IMG/VR virus record: IMGVR_UViG_3300045988_035073
Coordinates: 1-41,830 of that record
Length of the DNA stretch: 41,830 nucleotides
Source: a virus
Strand: one strand, 5' to 3'
Shown here: one piece after another, positions 25,659 through 31,917 of the stretch
Numbering within the stretch: position 1 is the first letter of the stretch
How the letters are laid out: each line of letters opens with the position of its first letter
Notes under the pieces: model-generated
Database searches by the model: none
Told to the model about the DNA's origin: nothing
Seen by the model: the letters and a program-made list of their open reading frames with translations, nothing else
Made by a program: the position numbers and the translations under genes

Positions 25659-25850
25659 TCAAAAGTCCCGGATTTCGTCCACGCAGATGGGGTCGCCCTC
25701 GTCGTCGATCACGGCGATGTAAGCGTCCTCGTACCCGTTTGCGCGGTACTTCTTGGCCATCTCGATAGCCTCGTCCATGTTGTTGCTGCCGGTGCCCCAA
25801 TCAGTATCGTCGTTGTCCCGCATAACCGCATACCACATAGTGTTCTTCAT
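25659..25850 (-). CDS. Small acidic hypothetical protein (63 aa)
   Basis: GGAGGA RBS before ATG (25850); MKNTMWYAVMRDNDDTDWGTG...; the longer 133-aa ORF-track form is rejected. Confidence 0.6.
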   Translation of the reverse strand: MKNTMWYAVMRDNDDTDWGTGSNNMDEAIEMAKKYRANGYEDAYIAVIDDEGDPICVDEIRDF

Positions 25851-25893
25851 TTTTATGTCCTCCTGGGCTGTGCCCCTCTTGATTACATTACTC

Positions 25894-25949
25894 ATTATAC
25901 ACCAATTTGGGGTATTGTCAAGAGAAAATACACCAAATTGGTGTATTTT
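25894..25949 (-). promoter_or_regulatory. Near-consensus minus-strand promoter with operator palindrome
   Basis: Minus strand: TTGACA (25916-25921), N16, TATAAT (25894-25899). Perfect 25-bp palindrome aaaatacaccaa-a-ttggtgtatttt at 25925-25949, and a half-site tacaccaa at 25898-25905. Confidence 0.65.
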
Positions 25950-26025
25950 CTGAGGTTTGGAGAGGTGCACAAATCCTGTGGAAGCTTTTGTGCGCTTTGC
26001 CATTTCCGCAGAATGCGGGCAGAAT

Positions 26026-26053
26026 CCGGGCAGTTTGACTGCCCGGATTTTTT
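26026..26053 (+). terminator. Intrinsic terminator-like hairpin inside the leader of the 26084 operon
   Basis: ccgggcag-tttga-ctgcccgg followed by attttttg, 30 nt before ATG 26084. Confidence 0.6.
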
Positions 26054-26083
26054 GTACCATAAGGGGAGAAGGAAGGTGGTTAA

Positions 26084-26227
26084 ATGTTTGATCGCCTTAT
26101 CGCCTGCGGCTTTACGGACCGCATGGCCTGGGACATCATTATCGCTTACGCAAATGATCTGGACGGGCTGGCGCAGTACGTAAAAACCATTGAGCTGATG
26201 CATAGCGCCAGGGCGGATCATGTATAG
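26084..26227 (+). CDS. Small hypothetical protein (47 aa, not in the ORF track)
   Basis: GGAGAAGGAAGGTGG RBS; MFDRLIACGFTDRMAWDIIIAYANDLDGLAQYVKTIELMHSARADHV; overlaps the next start. Confidence 0.45.
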   Translation: MFDRLIACGFTDRMAWDIIIAYANDLDGLAQYVKTIELMHSARADHV

Positions 26228-26603
26228 CTACTTTAACCCAAACCCCAACGGGCGCAACGTTTCCGATTGCACCGTTCGGGCGATCTGCAAAGCAACCGGA
26301 AAGGACTGGGGCGAGGTTTATTTGGCGCTTTGCATCCAGGGGTATTTGGACGGCGATCTTCCTAATGCCAACGCCTGCTGGGGCGCTTACCTTCGCAAGC
26401 TGGGGTATCGGAGGCATATCGTCCCAGATACTTGCCCGGATTGCTTCACGGTGGCGGATTTTGCGGCGGAAAGGCCGGTAGGCACATACATTTTGGCGCT
26501 GTCCGGGCACGTAGTTTGCGTGCAGAATGGCACAATTTTTGATTCTTGGGATTCCAGCGGTGAAGTGCCGCTGTATTACTGGGAGAAAGAAACGGAGGCA
26601 TAA
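26220..26603 (+). CDS. Hypothetical protein with conserved Cys...His arrangement (possible papain-like fold)
   Basis: NPNPNGRNVSDCTVRAI...SGHVVCVQNGTIFDSWDS; function not established. Confidence 0.55.
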   Translation: MYSYFNPNPNGRNVSDCTVRAICKATGKDWGEVYLALCIQGYLDGDLPNANACWGAYLRKLGYRRHIVPDTCPDCFTVADFAAERPVGTYILALSGHVVCVQNGTIFDSWDSSGEVPLYYWEKETEA

Positions 26604-26605
26604 AC

Positions 26606-27040
26606 ATGGCGTTTAATCCTTACTACCAGAACCCGTATTATCCTCAACCGATGCCTGATAACCTCATGCAGATGCGGCAGCAGCAGATGATGCAGCCGCA
26701 GATGCCACAGCCCGTTCCGCAGAATCCGGTGGCGCAAGGCAGCGTGCAGTGGGTAAGCGGCGAGCAGGAGGCAAGAGGCTATCTCATCGCTCCCAACTCT
26801 GCTGTGGCGCTGTGGGATTCCACCGCTCCGACTGTGTATCTCAAGCAGGCGGATGCAAGTGGCAAGCCGACGCTCAAGATTTACGACCTCGTAGAGCGCA
26901 CAGAAACGGCTGCTCCTGCCACGCAAAAGGCAAGAGTGGAGTTTGTCACCCGCGAAGAATTTGACCGTCTGGCGGCGCTTGTGGGCGAAATAAAGGGCAA
27001 GAAGAAGCTCAGGGTGGAGGAGGATGACGACGATGAATAA
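26606..27040 (+). CDS. Hypothetical protein, Q/P/Y-rich N-terminus, acidic tail
   Basis: MAFNPYYQNPYYPQPMPDNLMQMRQQQMMQPQMPQP...; ends EEDDDDE. Confidence 0.6.
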   Translation: MAFNPYYQNPYYPQPMPDNLMQMRQQQMMQPQMPQPVPQNPVAQGSVQWVSGEQEARGYLIAPNSAVALWDSTAPTVYLKQADASGKPTLKIYDLVERTETAAPATQKARVEFVTREEFDRLAALVGEIKGKKKLRVEEDDDDE

Positions 27041-27251
27041 TCCGTTTATGGCTGCGCTTGGCGGCGGGCAGATGCCGGGGCCAATGGGCAACTTCACACA
27101 GATGGTGCAGCAGTTTCAGCAATTCAAGGCTAACTTTCAGGGCGATCCAAAAGCAGAGGTCGAAAAGCTCTTGCAGAGCGGTAAGCTAAACCAGCAGCAG
27201 CTCAACCAGCTTCAGCAGATGGCAAAGCAGTTTCAAAGTCTGATGCGGTAA
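27033..27251 (+). CDS. Hypothetical Q-rich small protein
   Basis: GGAGGAGG RBS 9 nt before ATG 27033; ...QQFQQFKANFQGDP...QQQLNQLQQMAKQFQ. Confidence 0.55.
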   Translation: MNNPFMAALGGGQMPGPMGNFTQMVQQFQQFKANFQGDPKAEVEKLLQSGKLNQQQLNQLQQMAKQFQSLMR

Positions 27252-27311
27252 TCATCAACACAAATCAACATCGTGGCCACGATTTGATAAATAATTAAAA
27301 GGAGTGATTTT

Positions 27312-28046
27312 ATGTCTCTTTCCGATGGCGGCGCTCCCATGCTGACCATGCCGGTCTCGCCTACCAACAACGGCGGCGGTTTCGGCTGGGGCGGTGACGG
27401 CGCATGGCTCATTATTCTCTTCCTCATTTTTGCTGTCTTTGGCTGGGGCGGCAACAGCTGGGGCAACAACGCTGGCAATTCCGGCGGCGTGGTCGATGGC
27501 TATGTGCTGACTTCTGATTTTGCTAATGTCGAGCGCAAGATCGACAGTGTAAATCAGGGCCTTTGCGACGGATTTTACCAGCAGGCGCAGCTTGTCAACG
27601 GCACCAACATGGCAATGGCCAACGGCTTTGCACAGGCTGAGCTTTCCCGCAGTAACCAGCAGGCGGCTCTCATGCAGCAGTTGACTGCCATGCAGATGCA
27701 GGCCGCTGAGTGTTGCTGCAACACCCAGCGCAGCATCGAGGGCGTGCGTTACGACATGGCGGCGCAGGCGTGCGACACGCGCAACACCGTACAGAACGCC
27801 ACGCGCGACATTATTGACGCGAACAACCAGAACAGCCGCGCCATCCTCGATTTCCTGACGCAGAGCAAGCTGTCCGACCTCCAGACCGAGAATCAGAATC
27901 TGAAGCTGGCGGCATCTCAGGCCGCGCAGAACAACTATCTGATCTCGCAGCTGCGTCCGTGCCCTTCGCCTGCCTACATTACTTGTAACCCGTGGGCGGG
28001 CAGCGGTTACGGCGGCTGCGGCTGCAATCAGGGCTGCGGCTGCTGA
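27312..28046 (+). CDS. Membrane-anchored Gly-rich / coiled-coil / Cys-rich-tail protein (N-terminus reminiscent of tiny YjcZ-type sporulation membrane proteins)
   Basis: GGGFGWGGDGAWLIILFLIFAVFGWGG; Q/N-rich helical middle with an ECCC motif; C-terminus GYGGCGCNQGCGC. Confidence 0.65.
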   Translation: MSLSDGGAPMLTMPVSPTNNGGGFGWGGDGAWLIILFLIFAVFGWGGNSWGNNAGNSGGVVDGYVLTSDFANVERKIDSVNQGLCDGFYQQAQLVNGTNMAMANGFAQAELSRSNQQAALMQQLTAMQMQAAECCCNTQRSIEGVRYDMAAQACDTRNTVQNATRDIIDANNQNSRAILDFLTQSKLSDLQTENQNLKLAASQAAQNNYLISQLRPCPSPAYITCNPWAGSGYGGCGCNQGCGC

Positions 28047-28187
28047 CAACTGCATAGCATAGCTTTTTGCCGACAACGGCAAAATGATCGGCCCCGTGCC
28101 GATACTGCGACAACGCGGCGGGGCTATTGCCTCGCCGCTGTATTTTAACAGGGTCGATTTCGACCCCTTTAGAAAGGACTGATTATT

Positions 28188-28610
28188 TTGGCAGAGTACA
28201 CAAACGCGAATATTGTAAGCGTAGCCGCAGGGCAGAACGTCCCCTTGACCGAAACGGCGGTCAATAGCAAGCCGTGTATCGTGCATCGCCAGGGCGCAGG
28301 TATTGTCACGCTGCGCGGCCTCACTAATCAAAATCGCGCCCTGTTTAAGATCTCCTTTGGCGGCAACATCGCTATTCCAACCGGAGGCACGGTCGAGGCC
28401 ATCACGGCGGCGCTTGCCATCAACGGAGAGCCGCTGACCAGTGCAACGGCAACTGTCACGCCTGCGGCGGTAGAGAACTACTTTAACATTTATGTTTCCG
28501 CACAGGTTTGCGTCCCGAAAGGCTGCTGCCTGACGGTCGCAATGGAAAACACCAGCACTCAGGCCGTCAACTTCGCCAACTCGAATCTGACGGTTGAGAG
28601 AATCGCGTGA
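28188..28610 (+). CDS. Beta-rich protein resembling BclA/ExsF-type C-terminal (C1q/TNF-like) exosporium domains
   Basis: TTG start; ...IVTLRGLT..ALFKISFGGNIAIP...LAINGEPL...CCLTVAMENTS...SNLTVERIA compared by eye with the BclA C-terminal domain ...FYKITVIAN...IQVNGVPV...ASIIIEKVA. Confidence 0.45.
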   Translation: MAEYTNANIVSVAAGQNVPLTETAVNSKPCIVHRQGAGIVTLRGLTNQNRALFKISFGGNIAIPTGGTVEAITAALAINGEPLTSATATVTPAAVENYFNIYVSAQVCVPKGCCLTVAMENTSTQAVNFANSNLTVERIA

Positions 28611-28623
28611 AAGGAGACTGGAC

Positions 28624-28998
28624 ATGAGTAAGAAAGCAATGTATGATCTTCGCAATATGCTGTGCGACGAACTCGACGAGCTGGCACGTAAGGGCGAGCT
28701 TGGCGCGGGCGATCTTGAAATTGCGCACAAGCTGACGGCCACCATCAAGAATATCGACAAGATCGAGATGATGGAAAGCGAGGGCTATTCCGGCACCGGC
28801 GACTGGGAAGCCGATATTCGGGGCACCTACGGCCACGGCGATTCCTGGCGGGGCCGCCATCGGGATTCCCGCGGTAGGTATAGCCGCACTGGCGGGGCAG
28901 AGCATTTGCGGGAGCAGCTCAATGATATGCTGCGGGAAACCGACGACGAGCGGGTAAAAGAGGCCCTTCGGCGGGCAATGTCCCTGATGGAGGGCTAA
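28624..28998 (+). CDS. Hypothetical helical protein with Gly/Arg/Asp-rich centre
   Basis: AAAGGAG RBS then ATG 28624. Confidence 0.6.
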   Translation: MSKKAMYDLRNMLCDELDELARKGELGAGDLEIAHKLTATIKNIDKIEMMESEGYSGTGDWEADIRGTYGHGDSWRGRHRDSRGRYSRTGGAEHLREQLNDMLRETDDERVKEALRRAMSLMEG

Positions 28999-29012
28999 GG
29001 GGGTGTAACCCC

Positions 29013-29354
29013 ATGATCGACGAGAACGAGCTCCGGCTATGGATCAGCCGCCTAGAAACGGAAGAATCCAGCTGGAACAACTATGAGAAACTGGCGGCTC
29101 TCTACATCATCCAAAACCAGCACAAGAGAAAGCCCGAAAGCACAGTAGCTCCGGTGATGTACTCCTCTGCGGCGGCGCCTACCGTTGCGGTAAGCGCCGA
29201 CGTGGGGGAGTACGGCGATACTGATTTTCTTCGGGCCGTCGCCGGGAAAAACCCGGCAAAGGCGTGGGCGGTTGTGGATGAGCTGATGGATACGTTACGC
29301 ATTGTAAACGAGCGGGTTTACAACAGCGTAATGCGGAAGATTCAAGCTCTTTAA
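29013..29354 (+). CDS. Hypothetical protein
   Basis: Last gene of the + operon before attP. Confidence 0.6.
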   Translation: MIDENELRLWISRLETEESSWNNYEKLAALYIIQNQHKRKPESTVAPVMYSSAAAPTVAVSADVGEYGDTDFLRAVAGKNPAKAWAVVDELMDTLRIVNERVYNSVMRKIQAL

Positions 29355-29360
29355 CTCCGC

Positions 29361-29386
29361 AAAATTGCACACGAAATTGCACACGA
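29361..29386 (+). repeat. Left arm repeat, 2 x aaattgcacacg
   Basis: aaaattgcacacgaaattgcacacga is identical to 29590-29615. Confidence 0.9.
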
Positions 29387-29430
29387 CTTGATTCTTCCGT
29401 TGAATTTATGCGGTTTGTAAAGGTTTTAAG

Positions 29431-29459
29431 CAGGGGTTCAACTCCCCTCGCCTCCACCA
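29431..29459 (+). other. 3'-terminal fragment of a tmRNA (ssrA) or tRNA gene: T-arm + acceptor 3' strand + ACCA (probable attP core)
   Basis: c-AGGGG-TTCAACT-CCCCT-CGCCTCC-A-CCA; the T at position 70 is compatible with G3:U70. Confidence 0.7.
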
Positions 29460-29460
29460 A

Positions 29461-29501
29461 AAGGAAAACCGAGGAATCTCAATGGTTCCCCGGTTTTCCT
29501 T
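29461..29501 (+). terminator. Hairpin directly after the CCA end (replacement terminator for the target RNA gene)
   Basis: aaggaaaaccg...cggttttcctt (11 bp perfect) then gatttt. Confidence 0.6.
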
Positions 29502-29589
29502 GATTTTATGCGGGTTTGGCGGCTCTTGCGTCTTGCAAATTTTACAAGTCAATTTTAGCGTGTGCAATTAAAAATCGGTTTTTAGGAGG

Positions 29590-29615
29590 AAAATTGCACA
29601 CGAAATTGCACACGA
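29590..29615 (+). repeat. Right arm repeat, 2 x aaattgcacacg (an inverted copy lies at 29559-29569)
   Basis: Identical to 29361-29386. Confidence 0.9.
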
Positions 29616-29622
29616 AAATGGG

Positions 29623-30648
29623 CTATTTTTTCGGAGCAAACAACTCCTCAAAATGCCCGTCAATGATTTTATCAAACGCCTTTTCTTTTTCGGCGAGAGT
29701 GTGTTGGTATGTGGTTTTCAGCATGTTATTGGTAGCGTGGCCCATCCGCTTTATGCCGTACTTATCCGGGATACCTTCCGCCAGCATGACGGATGCGTTA
29801 AAGTGCCGCAGATCGTGGAATCGGTAGTGCTTTACTTTTGCCTTCTCGCAGATGCGAACAAAGCCACTGTATAGCGCATGCCCAGAAAGGTTCACAATGT
29901 GTTCGCTTGTCTTGGGTTGTTTCTGGATCAAATCCAAAAGGTAAAGCGGAAGGTGTATCCTTCTGGTGCCGCTATACGTTTTTACTCCCTTTTCAACAGG
30001 CCCGTTTTCCCCGGCCACAATGGCCCTCCGGATTTGCAGATACTCACCATCGATATCATCCCAGCGCAGGCCAATAATCTCGGATGCCCGGAGGCCAAGC
30101 CAAATGGCAATCATAATTGGCAGCTCGTATTTTGTACCTTTGCATGCGTTGGCAATGGCTACAGCGTCGGCCTCAGACGGTATCTCGATCTCCGTTTTTA
30201 CCTTTTGTGGCATGGTTGTGCGTAAGGCCATTTCCGGCTTATATTCCGCAAGGATTGGGCTCAAAAATCCGTGTGCGTTTGCGATTGTCTTTGGCGTTTT
30301 TCCTTCCCTCGATAGCCTGTTTACCCAGCGTTGCACTCGCTCTTGTGTGAGATCGGCTAAAACGATATTCTCAATATCCTTCATCAGATTTTTCCGGATT
30401 CGTTTATACCCGGCAATGGTGGACGGGGAAAGCACCTCGCTTCTGGTTTCGATGTATCGGTCGGCAGCTTCCCCAACTGTAAGTCTTCTTACAGGCTTTT
30501 GCGCCTCCACCATTTTTGTTTTGATGCCGGAGGCCCAGAATCGGGCTTCTTCCGCCGTATCAAAAGTGTTCCCAACTCGTTTCCTGTCAACCATGATCTG
30601 GATGCGGTATTTCCCTGATGGTAACTTTATTGGCTCTGGAATTTTCAC
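29623..30648 (-). CDS. int: Tyrosine integrase
   Basis: Arm-binding N-terminus KLPSGKYRIQIMV..., catalytic region HDLRHFNASVMLAEG...GHATNNMLKTTYQH; GTG start after AGGAGG. Confidence 0.9.
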   Translation of the reverse strand: MKIPEPIKLPSGKYRIQIMVDRKRVGNTFDTAEEARFWASGIKTKMVEAQKPVRRLTVGEAADRYIETRSEVLSPSTIAGYKRIRKNLMKDIENIVLADLTQERVQRWVNRLSREGKTPKTIANAHGFLSPILAEYKPEMALRTTMPQKVKTEIEIPSEADAVAIANACKGTKYELPIMIAIWLGLRASEIIGLRWDDIDGEYLQIRRAIVAGENGPVEKGVKTYSGTRRIHLPLYLLDLIQKQPKTSEHIVNLSGHALYSGFVRICEKAKVKHYRFHDLRHFNASVMLAEGIPDKYGIKRMGHATNNMLKTTYQHTLAEKEKAFDKIIDGHFEELFAPKK

Positions 30649-30682
30649 TTGCGTTTTCCTCCTGCTTTGCTATAATGGAGGG

Positions 30683-30760
30683 GCGGATTGCTTTGCATCA
30701 GCATCCGCTTCCTGATCGCTGCCTCCGGTATTTCGGTATCGGAGGCAGCTCCTCTTTTTA
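30683..30760 (+). ncRNA. Candidate ~75-nt sRNA antisense to the int upstream region
   Basis: Plus-strand promoter TTGCGT (30649-54), N16, TGcTATAAT (30668-76); hairpins gcggat/atccgc (30683-30708) and gctgcctccg/cggaggcagc (30718-30749), then tcctcttttta. Confidence 0.4.
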
Positions 30761-31165
30761 TCCCCTGAAAAGGCCCATGCTGGGGTTTAACAGGTCCAGG
30801 GTAATGCCATACACCAGCGCCAGGGCAAAAATAAACAGTAGAGCAAAAATCACTCGGTTCTTGTGCTTGATGGTTTCACTCAGCAGCTTGTTCATATCCT
30901 GTTCGTGGCTCACTTGCTGGGTAAGCAAGGCTTCCTCCCGCTCCGTCAAATCCTCGCCTTTCGGCACGATCTCAAAATACCGGTCCAGGGACACTCCCAG
31001 GCTCTTGCAAATGGGCCCTACAGTGTAGACGGACGGCTGCTTGGATGCGCTGGAAAAGTAGTTGTTGACAGTCGAGATAGAGATGCCGGATTCGTCCGCT
31101 ATGGTTTGCGCTGTTTTTCGTTGTGCTTCTCGCTCCTTCCAGCAAATGTCCTGGATGGTTTCCAT
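30758..31165 (-). CDS. XRE-type HTH protein with C-terminal transmembrane helix
   Basis: AAAGGAG RBS then ATG 31165; ...TAQTIADESGISISTVNNYF...; C-terminus VIFALLFIFALALVYGI. Confidence 0.75.
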   Translation of the reverse strand: METIQDICWKEREAQRKTAQTIADESGISISTVNNYFSSASKQPSVYTVGPICKSLGVSLDRYFEIVPKGEDLTEREEALLTQQVSHEQDMNKLLSETIKHKNRVIFALLFIFALALVYGITLDLLNPSMGLFRG

Positions 31166-31433
31166 GAGGTACACTCCTTTCGTTTGCCTGGTTTCTGGCA
31201 GATGTTACCAAGCCTAATTTTGCCAAATTTCAAGAATTGGAGAGATTCTGCCTTTGCCTCGGCTTGCTCTGCCAACCACCACCCTGCTATGATGCAGCCA
31301 TAGCAGGTAGGCTTGATGTTTGGTGGCTATCTGCTATAAGGCCCCTCTGCCGGTTGCAGGCGGCAGGGGGGCCAACAGAACACAATTGCGATTGGCTCCC
31401 CAATCGATGGTATTACATATTGGAATCTTGTTG

Positions 31434-31462
31434 TTGACTTGCGATTGCAAATTGTATAAACT
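31434..31462 (+). promoter_or_regulatory. Candidate sigma-A-type promoter for 31606..31917
   Basis: TTGACT (31434-39) followed 15-17 nt later by TATAAA/TAAACT; the spacer contains ttgcgattgcaa. Confidence 0.45.
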
Positions 31463-31605
31463 GAAAAGGAAGAAGGCGGGGAATTGAAGGAACTGTTGTG
31501 TGCGGGATCTTCGGCGCTTGCGCCGGAAAACGTGCGAGAAAGGCTAAAGGCCGAAATTTTGGGGCTGACTGATTCTCAGGCGGAATATGTGTTGGAGAGG
31601 TTGCA

Positions 31606-31917
31606 ATGTTTATTACAAGAAAAGAGTTAGAAGACTTGCAGGAAGAAAACCGAAAACTCAAAGAACAGCTTTCGGAAGAACAAGAGCGTACCCGCCGGTC
31701 TGCCGTCATTGACAATGCCGCCCTTCCGCAGTGCAAAAGCATTGCTTGTTCCGGCTGCAAATACGTGGTTGCTCGCTATACCAATTGGGGCGGATGGTAC
31801 ATTCTTGGCTGTGGAAAGGATAACCCTTGCAAAGACTATGAGCCAACAGATATTACCCCCGAAAAGGCTGAAGCTATTCGAGAAGCGCTGCACATCCAGT
31901 GGCAGTACAACAACTAA
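31606..31917 (+). CDS. Hypothetical Cys-rich protein with N-terminal coiled coil
   Basis: Isolated + strand gene inside the lysogeny block. Confidence 0.6.
   Translation: MFITRKELEDLQEENRKLKEQLSEEQERTRRSAVIDNAALPQCKSIACSGCKYVVARYTNWGGWYILGCGKDNPCKDYEPTDITPEKAEAIREALHIQWQYNN

Larger units (their letters stand above)
29355..29622 (+). mobile_element. attP region: tmRNA/tRNA 3'-end copy flanked by arm-type repeats
   Basis: Noncoding and adjacent to the 3' end of int. Five copies of aattgcacacg (2+2 direct, 1 inverted) and tttatgcgg(g)tttg x2 flank a T-arm/acceptor/CCA fragment. Confidence 0.8.

Noticed and set aside
25851-26060. The long (133-aa) form of the minus-strand ORF 25659..26060.
   Set aside because: The upstream 70 codons cover the promoter, the palindromic operator and the + strand terminator hairpin. 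A GGAGGA RBS precedes the internal ATG at 25850, which begins the conserved-looking MKNTMWYAVM... protein.
31484-31630. A 48-codon TTG-start ORF (LKELLCAGSSALAPENVRERLKAEILGLTDSQAEYVLERLQCLLQEKS) upstream of and overlapping 31606..31917.
   Set aside because: It is plausible but unsupported: a non-ATG start, and an out-of-frame overlap with the following gene. It is mentioned under the 31175-31605 finding rather than annotated.
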